Shown in pieces: positions 12,850-23,765 of a stretch of DNA of 64,000 nucleotides. A program made the position numbers and the translations under genes. Source of the stretch: Octopus bimaculoides (lineage: Eukaryota); NCBI RefSeq assembly GCF_001194135.2, contig NC_068987.1, positions 12,294,938 through 12,358,937 on the forward strand. Reading direction: 5' to 3'. Under the pieces are notes generated by a model, which did not search any database, was not told where the DNA came from, and worked only from the letters and a program-made list of their open reading frames with translations. Each line of letters opens with the position of its first letter. Within the stretch, counting starts at the first letter, position 1.

Positions 12850-13335
12850 CCCTTTAGCATTCAGACTACTCTGTCAAATGTAATGCTTATTTATTCATGT
12901 TGTTCTGAATTAATCTTGCATTATCTCACAGCTTCGAGATTTCGATGATGTGATTGTTTATTTCCTAGAACATTGTAGGATAGGTGTAAGAGGTTGGATC
13001 CTGGATCTGGCCAGTTTAAATATTAACTCTTTAGCATTCGGATTACTCTGTCAAATGTAATGCTTATTTATTCATATTATTTTGAGGCAATCATACATTA
13101 TTTTGGAGCTTCAAGATTTTGATGATTTAACTGTTTAGTTTTAGAATGACATTGTAAGGAAGGCAGGTGCAAGAGGCTGGATCTGACCAGTTTCAGCAGA
13201 AAACAGGTAGAATATTTTGCCCAGATATGGTTAATTTAAATGCTAGAGGTTCACCCCTTTAACATTCAGATTATTTTGTCGAAGGTAATGCTTTTTCATT
13301 CACATCGTTTTTAATTAATCATGCATTATCAAGTC
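12850..13335. mobile_element. Tandem or nested piggyBac-type MITE units (three starts)
   Basis: ccctttagcattcag-like starts near 12850, 13027 and 13256, sharing ctctgtcaaatgtaatgcttatttattc. Confidence 0.75.
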
Positions 13336-13339
13336 ACTA

Positions 13340-13562
13340 CAAAGGCGGAGAGCAGACAGAAACGTTAGCACACCGGGCGAAATGCTTAGCAGTATTTCAT
13401 CTGTCTTTACATTCCGAGTTCAAATTCCAGCGAGCTCGACTTTGCCTTTCATCCTTTCGGGTTCGGTAGATTAAATACCAATTGCATGCTGGGGTCGATC
13501 TAATCAACTAGCCCTTTTCCCCAAAATTTCAAGCTTTGTGCCGAGAGTAGAAAAGAATATTA
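13340..13562 (+). mobile_element. SINE family B, full length, tail type 1
   Basis: Match to the 20273 copy. Confidence 0.9.
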
Positions 13563-13599
13563 TAATATTATATAATTTGTATACAATACTATAATAATA

Positions 13600-13742
13600 A
13601 TAAATTCATAGCATCCCCCAATTCACTGCCTTCCTCCCAACGCCTCCTTTTTCTCTAACCCCCCCCCCGCGGCACCAGCACCCACCTGGACCATCTCAAC
13701 ACCCGCCAGAGGGCAGCAGTGCCTACTTTGAGAACCTATGCT
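13600..13742 (-). mobile_element. hAT/Charlie-like MITE end carrying a CTCF-consensus motif
   Basis: Minus strand cataggttctcaaagt resembles a CAGTGGTTCTCAAA TIR; CCGCCAGAGGGCAG at 13703-13716 (+). Confidence 0.55.
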
Positions 13743-13864
13743 CTATAGCTTCTTATTCCTTGCAAGAGTTACAAATATCTTTAGTGTGGATATAACAGAT
13801 GTGAGAATGGATATAACCTCAAGATGTTTCTGAATTGGCAAAAGAGACCAATAGAATAGACATC

Positions 13865-14285
13865 AAGCTTGACAAAGAAAGTACTGGGGTCAATTCGTTC
13901 AACTTAAAATCCAAAGCAGTGCCCCAGCATGGCTGCAGTCTAGTGACTGTAACAAATAAAAGAAGATAGATATATTATCCTCATCGTCATCATCATTTAA
14001 TGTTCACTTTCTATGCTGTCATTGCATTGACGGTTTGACTGCAGCTGGTGACCTATAGGACTGCACCCAGTTTTACTATCTGTTTTGGCATAGTTTCTAT
14101 AAATAGATGCTCTTCCTAATGCCAACTGCTTCATTTGTGCCATCATCACAAGTGAGGTTATCAAGCAGATGGCAAGACTGCTGTGATAGGAGATACTTGC
14201 CCAAGTCCTGTGAAGTGGATTTGAACCAGTGTCCTTGAGATTGCAAAGCAATCAACTTAGCCCTTATGTTATGCCTGTACCCTTA
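13865..14285. mobile_element. Mixed SINE fragments (A tail +, C tail -, A head -)
   Basis: Local matches to the family consensus segments. Confidence 0.7.
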
Positions 14286-14393
14286 CCACCTTTATATATA
14301 TATAATATATATTTATATATATATGTATGTCCCTTAATAGTTTCATCAAAGAAGCAAGAGCAGTGCTTTGTAGAAAGTTCGAGACTGGTTGGT

Positions 14394-14395
<2 letters not shown>

Positions 14396-14480
<85 letters not shown>
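14396..14480. repeat. Compound (TA)n(GA)n microsatellite
   Basis: Direct inspection. Confidence 0.98.
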
Positions 14481-14482
<2 letters not shown>

Positions 14483-16570
14483 CAACAGGACATGGTTTGC
14501 TGCACAGGAAGCAACATGTCATAATATTGAATGACCCTGAAACTAGAATGCTGATCTGAATGTTGGCAACAGATGGGACTCACTAAAAATAAGTCTACTT
14601 CACATTCACACAGTTTCATGTCTGATTTCGCTTCCTTTTGATCTTCTACCATATCTTCAGATCAACAAAAGCTTTGTGAGTGAATTTTTGACAGACGGAA
14701 ACTGTGTGGAATCCTACTGAATGTGTAGTAAGAACCTGGCTGAGATTCGAACCGGAGTACTCAGATTTTCCCAGTCTAGAACCACAACCTAATACATTTC
14801 CATAAAAAGAAAAGGGTCAAAGATATTAATGCCTGCATGAATATAGTTTCACCAATCAGCACTGGCTTAATTATGGTTGAGGTGGCAACTTCAGAGCAAG
14901 TCTGTAAGATTTTTCCCCAAAAGGAATCTAGAACTTTATGGGCCATCAATTACTTAAAAGTGAGCATGTTCAATTAGAGAAAGCTACTTCGAAATTTGTA
15001 TGAGTCAGTTATATTCCTACCCACTACCTGTCAGATAGTCTTTATCTCTTTCATCTTCCTCTACTATTCACAAGTCTTAACTAGTAGTGTCAATCAACAA
15101 ACATACCAAAACGACTCATAATGTCTTGTATCACTTTCGTAATATTAATTTATTGAATGTACATCAGCAAGGTGGGTAAATAAAATATTTGGAAACTCAG
15201 ACAAAATTTAGTGGGGTTTTTTCCCCCCTCAAACACACAGCCTACCTTACAGGAGATGAATAGCAATGTCTCATGCAGCAGGCTTGATAACAGCTGAGAA
15301 TTTTTTTTATTTCAGCATGAAACCAATGGTAGGCTTGTTAACCCACAGATAAAGAATATTTATCCAGCAATACAGTGTTGAGTACTCATTCTCACAGTTC
15401 AATATAATCATATGGGGAGGGGGAACAATGAGGAGTTTTAATGCATTTTTGATTGTGAGAAAAAATATATTTCTTTACAGATATTCACTACCTTAAAAAA
15501 CTATATCAGCTCAGCAAAATACCCTTCATTAAAAACACTGTAGCATATTCTGAACACTATTTCAGAAAAATTATCACCGTTCTCTTGAGCATATAAAAGA
15601 TATATTTAACTGGAGAAAATGACTAAGCCAAGATGAGGTAAATTTGCCTTTTCAATTTTCCAGAATTACTTTTAAAAAAAAAGACTTAAACACATCAATA
15701 TTCATCCACGGACATCAGAATGATCAGAAATGCAACAAAAATCTTAAATATCTAGGTCAAATGAAAGAGGGTTATGGAAAAATGGCACATGATATGAAAT
15801 TAATGAAACTTGACTAAATATAATAAAAGAAAACCAACATAAAATATCCTCTACAGCCTTTTCACCATCGACTGGAGTGGCTCTGTTCCTGATATATTTA
15901 TGTATTATGTAGTTAAAGAAAAGAAGTTACTCGTTACTCATTTTACCCCATTTTTGTGGAAATTGAAAATTATCAAATTAGACATTAGTGTGAGAAAAAA
16001 TTTACTTGAAATCTAAACGAGAAAAGAATATTGATTGTTAAACACAAAAAAATTATCCAGATATTTTGAAGAAAAATTTCTTGAAAAACTCAACTTTAAC
16101 AATAACTATGCTAACCAATTTTTACAAACACACACACATACATACATACGTAATGTTAAGCATATTGACAGTGAGGAGTACGGACGAAATCCCTTTTAGC
16201 ATTCGTTTACGTATCTCTACATTACGATCCCATTTGGGATTGACTTTGCCTTACCTTCTAAGGTAAATAAAATACAAAAAACATGACAGGGCCTCAATGT
16301 TCGGATCTTTTACGCCCTTCTTTTATTATTTGTTCATGCTAGCATGAGTTACATAAATATGCACTGACGTATCTAAAGCCGTATGTCCTTCCTATCGCTA
16401 ATCTTTACCTCTTTATGAAGTAATAGCATTTTTTTTTTTGCACTGTAAATGAGGTACTTATTAAAATGTAAACACATGTTGGTGTACAACTCATATAATG
16501 AATACAAGATTGACAGTCAGACAGCAATTATTGGAGTAATTATATTTTCTGGTTATAAATAAATAGCTAA

Positions 16571-16680
16571 CGGGCATATGGCATAGTGGTTAAGAGAGCG
16601 GGCTACTAACACCAAGATTCCGAGTTCGATGCCAAGCAGAACAGCGAAAAATACCTTAGGAGTGAGAACCCAGGTTCGAA
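16571..16680 (+). mobile_element. tRNA-headed SINE-like element (family E), truncated
   Basis: A-box TGGCATAGTGG at 16579-16589, B-box GAGTTCGATGC at 16622-16632; no complete cloverleaf. Confidence 0.7.
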
Positions 16681-16686
16681 AGCAGC

Positions 16687-17030
16687 CACTGTGGTGTTAC
16701 GGAAAGGGCCGATCTTTGGTAAAGATCGTCGAAGACACTTTTTACGGAAAAGGCCGATATTTCGGCCTAGTATCGAATGATCGTCGAAAAGTTTATTAAA
16801 AAACATCCATTTTTCAAAAAGGTATGAGGAAACAAATTGAAGTATGTAAATTATCGAAAACTCCTCTCCACTATTCCGGAAAAAATATTTTTCACAAATT
16901 CCGATATAATCTCTAATTTACACCATCCAAAATGTATCTAGAAAATTTCCTCAAAACAAATATGCATTTTTCAAAAAAAGTTATAAAGAAACGAAGTCAA
17001 CGGTGAGTGACACACATCTGTAGTTACACC
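16687..17030 (+). mobile_element. Possible DNA-transposon left end (Transib-like CACTGTG start)
   Basis: gcagc|CACTGTGGTG followed by two ttacggaaa(g/a)ggccgat...gatcgtcgaa direct repeats; right end not found. Confidence 0.3.
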
Positions 17031-17089
17031 AAATCGACAATATATTTTATTCTCACGTTTTTCTTTTTCCATATATATATATAATATTA

Positions 17090-17617
17090 GGGATAAAAAT
17101 TCGAATTTACAAGTAAAAACTCAATTAAATTCAATTTATTAAAATTAGAATTAAATTAAGCTTCACAGTATAAAATATATAAATATATAATTTTAGAGAA
17201 AAGAACCAAAGTTCATGAACTTATCGACGAAAATAGTCACATATAGAAAAATTAGTAAGGAAATGCACGATAAATAAGTATAATATAATACAAAGTAAAT
17301 ATCGTAAGATATTTAGTAGTCGTTTTATTATCATTATCTTATATTTACTTTGTATTATATTATACTTATTTATTGTGCTTTTACTTATTAATTTTTCTAT
17401 ATGTGACAGTAGATTTTCATCGATGTGTTCATGAACCTTGGTTCTTTTACCTTAAACTATATATATATATACTTTAAATATATTTTATCATCAAATAATG
17501 TATATATGAATTTTAATACTCAGACTGTTTTTTAACATTTTTTATTATTCTCAAAGACTTTTGATAATCTTTTTCTAAAAAAGTGAAACCGGTTAAGTAA
17601 ATAAATATTTTTAAAAA
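17090..17617. repeat. AT-rich foldback element with ~105-bp inverted arms
   Basis: 17198-17302 is the reverse complement of 17341-17448 with few mismatches; runs into a gap. Confidence 0.85.
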
Positions 17618-17891
17618 NNNNNNNNNNNNNNNNNNNNNNNNNNNNNNNNNNNNNNNNNNNNNNNNNNNNNNNNNNNNNNNNNNNNNNNNNNNNNNNNNNN
17701 NNNNNNNNNNNNNNNNNNNNNNNNNNNNNNNNNNNNNNNNNNNNNNNNNNNNNNNNNNNNNNNNNNNNNNNNNNNNNNNNNNNNNNNNNNNNNNNNNNNN
17801 NNNNNNNNNNNNNNNNNNNNNNNNNNNNNNNNNNNNNNNNNNNNNNNNNNNNNNNNNNNNNNNNNNNNNNNNNNNNNNNNNNNNNNNNNNN
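17618..17891. other. Assembly gap (N)
   Basis: N run. Confidence 1.
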
Positions 17892-18246
17892 AAAACACGC
17901 TATTTACATGAAAACAGTATGAACTTTCAAAATAAAATATATTTGTGTTGACTATCTAAAAATGGATACTTCGTCTGTGTATACTGAAGGCCAATAAGAA
18001 GTTAGTTCACTAAGTACATAGGTCTGGAGCCCAGAGAACCAATGAGGGGGCCGGTGAATATCTGTTGTTCCCCTTCCTCAAAAGTTAAAGACCCCCCCCT
18101 CCACAGTTCCCTCTTCATTGCATCATCTTACAAAGGTTATTAAATAAGCAGCTTTTGGGTATATTTTTAGCTTTTTTTTTTTTTTTTTACTGAGACCTGC
18201 CTATCTTAGTAAAATGAACAAGTGTACTTTCAACTTGGCTGTAGAC

Positions 18247-18640
18247 CAGCGCTGGATTAACCATTAAGCAAAATAAGCACGTGCTCAGGGCATCAAGAGA
18301 AGTATGTGTGTGTGTGTGTGTGTGGTGATCACAGAAATGGTAAATGGTTTACGACACAAAAGAAATCACTTTAAACTTGTTAAAATAATATTCGAAGTGG
18401 TTTATATGATCGGAAATATAATTTCGAAGTGTGCATGGTATCATAGTGAGGCTCTGATGAAAGACTGCTATTAAGAAGAAATTGAAAGCTTTTCAAATGT
18501 AAATAAAGTGGAAGTATACAAAATAACTATTTTCCATCTTACTGTTAGTTTTGTTTCATTCTATGGTTTATTATTGTTAAGATTTTGAATCACATATATA
18601 TGGGGCCACCAAAATCTATTAAGTGTTTAGGGCCATGCTG
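18247..18640 (+). mobile_element. hAT-like non-autonomous element
   Basis: Starts cagcgctggattaaccattaagc (CAGGGCCGGATTA-type TIR); right end degenerate. Confidence 0.45.
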
Positions 18641-18942
18641 CAGACTAATGATTGAAACGAGTAAAATAAATAATGTGATATAATAATATGTATATTTGAC
18701 TCTTCCGAGACACTGTTGATTGAAATTTATATCTAAGTTACGTTCAATTAGATTTAAATTTAAGTTACATCATACATCCGGAATTGCTCCGCATACAAAC
18801 TATAATTAAACTATAATTTAGGTTCCTTTATTATATTCGTTTGTTAATTATCGTTTCATCAACGGAAAGCGAAAGGTCGGTACATTAGGATCAAAATAGC
18901 CAGGATTTTCCTGGAAAGGGTCATCGGTGTTTAAATCGCAAA

Positions 18943-19155
18943 ATAATAATCCTTTCTATTATAGGCACAAGGCCTGAAATTTTGAGGGAGGGGGCTAGTG
19001 ACTACATCGACCCTCAGTGCGTAACTAATACTTATTTCATCGATCTCGAGAGGATGAATTGCAAAGTCGACCTCTTCGGAATTTGAACGTAAAGACGGAT
19101 GAAGTACCGCTAAGCCTTAAGTCCAGTGTGCTAACGATTCTGCCAGCTTACCACT
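18943..19155 (-). mobile_element. SINE family B, tail type 1
   Basis: aatcctttctattataggcacaagg...gtgctaacgattctgccagct. Confidence 0.88.
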
Positions 19156-20007
19156 TAAATTCGCAACATAATGATAATAATAATGAAGTAAAATAATATA
19201 TTGTTAATTAAATTGGCCCCAAGAGGATGCAAGGTAAAGTTGACCTCGACAGGATAAGAGCCCGAAAGAAATACTTCCGAAAATTTCTTCCGACCCTCAA
19301 ACGATTTGCTCCCAATCCACCAGCCATGCATTTAAGTTATATCTACAAAAAGAAAAGGATGGGGGGTGCTAATTAAAAATGCCATGTTATGTCACTATCT
19401 TTATGATTCCTTTACTGGATGGATTTCACGCCGATTTGGGTCCTACGTCCTCAGACTTCCGAAAAGCACAGCCCTACCTACCTCTTCAGCAGTCTTGCTC
19501 CACCTTGTAAAATTTCTCTCGGAGGTCCCACGGGCAACATGTATTTTTAATTAGAATAAGTCAAGTACAACAAATAGGTTTCGATTGAGAAAATATTTGA
19601 GTTTGTAGGTGTTAATTCGGGTGGTACAATAGCTCTGCTCAGTTTATTTGAACAATCGATTTATTTTCTCAAATAAAATTTGAAAAAGAAAAATTAAGTA
19701 TTAACTATGGCATATATTTAAAATTATTTTGTGTAATAAACGATAAATCAATGAAAAGTAGATATACAAAAGTTGCTGTTTAACACCAGGTCAGACCTAA
19801 CTGAACATCTCTATGATCATAGGTATGCCAAATTTACCATCCCGTTTCATTTCCAGCCAAAGGAGTATTTATAACTATATTAACTAATGTTCTCCGTCGA
19901 AGGGGATTTGGTCTCTATTTCTAGCAGATCGATGCTTGTCTGTTGACTTATTTATTAAAGATAAACTAGAAATGTTATTGGAAAACACAATCATGTTATT
20001 TGATAAT

Positions 20008-20210
20008 CAGGGGAAGATCCAGGATTTTTTTGAGGGTGTTGCACTGTAGCGGGCAGGTAGAGCAACACCTAGTTGGTCCGGCAACTCCTGTTCTAGTATG
20101 AGTTGACTCTCATTTCCCTTGAAAACTCTGGTCCCGATTTTTTTGGTGTCGGTTCGGCTAGAAAGGGTGTTGCCCGGGCAACTAGAGCAACACCCTTGCA
20201 TCCGCCACTG
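20008..20210. mobile_element. MITE with CAGTGGCG-type TIRs and two subterminal hairpins
   Basis: CAGGGGAAGATCCA ... TGCATCCGCCACTG; two ggtgttgc...gcaacacc stems; ATAAT on both flanks. Confidence 0.75.
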
Positions 20211-20272
20211 ATAATATCTTAAAACGGTTCAATTGCTGATCCCGCAATTATGAGTATGAGTATTATAAGTAT

Positions 20273-20497
20273 GCAAGGCGACGAGCTGGCAGAAACGTTA
20301 GCACGCCGAGCGAAATGCTTAGCGGTATTTCGTCTGTCTTTGACTTTCTGAGTTCAAATTCCGCCGAGGTCGACTTTGCCTTTCATCCTTTCGAGATCGA
20401 TAAATTAAGTACCAGTTGCATGCTGGGATCGATTTAATCGACTAGCCCCCTCCCCAAAAAATTCGGGCTTTGTGCCTAGAGTAGAAAAGAATATTAT
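20273..20497 (+). mobile_element. SINE family B, near-consensus with CpGs intact
   Basis: Complete head, core and tail type 1. Confidence 0.95.
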
Positions 20498-20623
20498 GAG
20501 TAATGCATCGTTGTTAGCTTCGCATTTTCGATCCCAATGCAATGCAAGATCCGGATCGCCACCTTGTGTCACACAAGGTGGACGGTGTGGAAACCAAAAC
20601 GGTGGAGATGGAGTATATGTAAT

Positions 20624-21211
20624 NNNNNNNNNNNNNNNNNNNNNNNNNNNNNNNNNNNNNNNNNNNNNNNNNNNNNNNNNNNNNNNNNNNNNNNNNNNNN
20701 NNNNNNNNNNNNNNNNNNNNNNNNNNNNNNNNNNNNNNNNNNNNNNNNNNNNNNNNNNNNNNNNNNNNNNNNNNNNNNNNNNNNNNNNNNNNNNNNNNNN
20801 NNNNNNNNNNNNNNNNNNNNNNNNNNNNNNNNNNNNNNNNNNNNNNNNNNNNNNNNNNNNNNNNNNNNNNNNNNNNNNNNNNNNNNNNNNNNNNNNNNNN
20901 NNNNNNNNNNNNNNNNNNNNNNNNNNNNNNNNNNNNNNNNNNNNNNNNNNNNNNNNNNNNNNNNNNNNNNNNNNNNNNNNNNNNNNNNNNNNNNNNNNNN
21001 NNNNNNNNNNNNNNNNNNNNNNNNNNNNNNNNNNNNNNNNNNNNNNNNNNNNNNNNNNNNNNNNNNNNNNNNNNNNNNNNNNNNNNNNNNNNNNNNNNNN
21101 NNNNNNNNNNNNNNNNNNNNNNNNNNNNNNNNNNNNNNNNNNNNNNNNNNNNNNNNNNNNNNNNNNNNNNNNNNNNNNNNNNNNNNNNNNNNNNNNNNNN
21201 NNNNNNNNNNN
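20624..21211. other. Assembly gap (N)
   Basis: N run. Confidence 1.
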
Positions 21212-22742
21212 AAATCTCTAGTTAAATTTCTTCCAGCCACATGAAGTTTTTCAACTTTTTAAAATTCACTATATCTATTTTCCCTCATTAAAAAAAAAAG
21301 TGTTAATACAGTTTTGTTCGTGTGAACAGATCCTAATTAAAACGATGTTGGAATAATAAGCGAAAATTAATACTCTGGTTTAATAACGGTGGATTGGTAG
21401 AATCGTTTAGGAATCAGACGATAGTAATCCAGTATTTTCCCGAGTTCAAAACCTACCGGTGTCAACTTTGTTTTACCAGTGTCGTTAAAGACAAGTCAAG
21501 AATTAGGGTTGGTTTATAACCCAATAACGCATCCTAAATATGAGTAGAATTACAATAATTCTTTCCATTATAGATACAGATCTAGAATTTGGGGGAAGGG
21601 ACCAGTCGATTACGTCGACCCCAGTTCTGATACTTTATCGACCGAACCCCAATTATTTCATCTACTATTTGTTGGTAGTAGTTAACAACCCATAAATGTT
21701 TTGCTAGGTAGACAACTTCCAATGACGCAGGCCTGTCACAATGTTTATGACGAGATATAGAGTAATACACAATAATATTTGTGTGTGTGTGTGTATGTGT
21801 GTGAGAGAGAGAGAGAACGAAAATAGCATAATTAGTCACACACACACGAATAAAGTGTGAAAGTGGAAAAGTAGAGTGATTGATAGAAATGGATATGAAA
21901 AGAGAGAAATTTAAACAGAAAGAGAATAAAAGAGAAATCTGATAAATCATCAAATGGATTGAAATTTCACTATGAAATAAATAATTCATTTGAGATAATA
22001 CAATTGATTGCATAAATAACTGGTTTAATTGAAATTTCTAATACTGATTAAGTAAATGAGTGGCTTCTTTAAAATGTTATTATCGATTGCTTAAATAAAT
22101 AACTTGCGCTAAAAGAACGGGGTAGATTAAGCTTTGAAATAACTATTCTTTGAAATAACTATTCTTAACAGGAAGAAAACCAGAAATTTTAGGGTAAGGG
22201 TTACTTCGGTTAAACTGACCCCAGTACTTGACAAGTGCTTTTGTTTTATTGACCCTGCCGGAGGAAATGAAAAGTAAAGTTGAGTTTTAAAAATAATGTA
22301 AGTTAAATATACGTGATATTGTTTTTTACTTTTTGTTCCTTTCCGTATATGAAAAAAAAATGACAAATGAAATTATCAAGCGGGCGTCATTTTAGCCTGA
22401 AGGGGTAAAGTGACAGAAGTTAGTGGCTCCTGACTTTTGAGGTCATAATTGTTGTCACTGGAGCAACAAAGAAAATGCCTCCAGCAAGTAATCGGAAGAA
22501 TGAGAGAAGAAAGGACTACAAACGTAGTTGACTTGATAACAAAACTTTTTTTCTACTTTCGACGTCCGATTCATAAGAGACTGAAAACAACCGAAAGTTT
22601 CCTTTTTTCTCAATCGGATTTGTTTTGATTTAAAAAAAAAAACTTTCTGTGTATTTTTTTAAGAGTAGGGATCTGATAACTGATAATAAAAGGATAAGTG
22701 AAAGTTCAAACAAAGGAGATATGTGGAAAAGTTTTAACTTAC

Positions 22743-22950
22743 TTGGATATATATATTTTAAATGTCCCTGGACTTGGAAAAAAAAGTATAACAATAATTC
22801 GGTGACAAGGAATTTCGAGTAAAACCTGACAACATTCACTGTTGAAACTAAACAACTTGTTGACAGCTGTGACTTAGCCGCGAGATGTCGCCTCAGTACG
22901 TCAACGTCCCGGGTGGGTGCAGACGAAAGAGGAGGTCGCACTTGGGACAC
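22743..22950 (-). promoter_or_regulatory. Putative promoter / non-coding first exon of a minus-strand transcript
   Basis: Most GC- and CpG-rich unique segment (22870-22950); CAA|GTAAGT donor at 22742; downstream CTAAC-ttctgtcactttaccccttc-AG acceptor at 22398-22397. Confidence 0.5.
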
Positions 22951-23546
22951 AGAAACAATTATTAAAAAGTTTTCAAAGTTTTCGAAAACAAATACAACTC
23001 CACCAGAATTAATTGTACTTTACGTAATATAAAGATATTTAATTACTAAGTCGAAGAATGTACTAGTTACTCATTTATTTTGTCAAAGAGTGATTTCCAA
23101 TAGAACATTATATAAACAACCTAATCGATTATACCATATCGATATATTTTAATACATCTATTTGCGTAATATGTTTTACTTTTTAAAAATCCATATATTT
23201 TAGTTTTTTACGTTTGTCTTTCTACGGTTTAACGCTTAGTCCAAATTCTGATAGTTGTAAATAAAATAACAATGTATACATTTCGATTAAGCTATATTTG
23301 CAATCGATTGACATACCTATATATTCCTTTATATATTTTGTCTCTCTCCTGACCTACTATGAAAATAATTTCCTACGTAACATTAGAAAAACGAAATGGG
23401 ATTTTCTCTTTATTTCCTCATTTATTTATTTTGCCTAAGAAAACGCTCTAAAGCTGACAATATACTAGACACTATAATTTACAATCAGGGGATCTAAACA
23501 GGTTTGTTTTACTCCCAGACAGGCTTCAAATTACAACGACGGTAAA

Positions 23547-23765
23547 GACGGCGACCTGGAAGACTCGTTAGCGCGTTGGACAAAACGTCGAAGGGCATTT
23601 CTTCTGGTTCCATATGATCACAGTTCAAATTCCGCCGTGGTCGACTTTGCCTTTCGTCCATTCAGGATCGACAAAAGAAGTGCAAATTAAAAACTGAGAT
23701 CGATGTAATCGACCTGTCTCCTTCCACCAAACTTTCAGGCTGTATGCCTATAGTCAAAAGAAATT
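23547..23765 (+). mobile_element. Old diverged SINE B with CpGs retained
   Basis: Many non-CpG substitutions relative to 20273, but ggcgac, ccgccg, gtcgac, gatcga kept. Confidence 0.8.

Noticed and set aside
14735-14790. Perfect B-box GGTTCGAATC on the minus strand (14753-14744)
   Set aside because: No recognisable A-box or cloverleaf; likely a decayed SINE head
16571-16645. Possible tRNA gene
   Set aside because: A and B boxes are present, but there is no acceptor stem or cloverleaf; it is a SINE head
20559-20581. Perfect 10-bp hairpin ccaccttgtg-tca-cacaaggtgg
   Set aside because: No CTAG terminus or other context for a Helitron end; adjacent to a gap, so it cannot be interpreted
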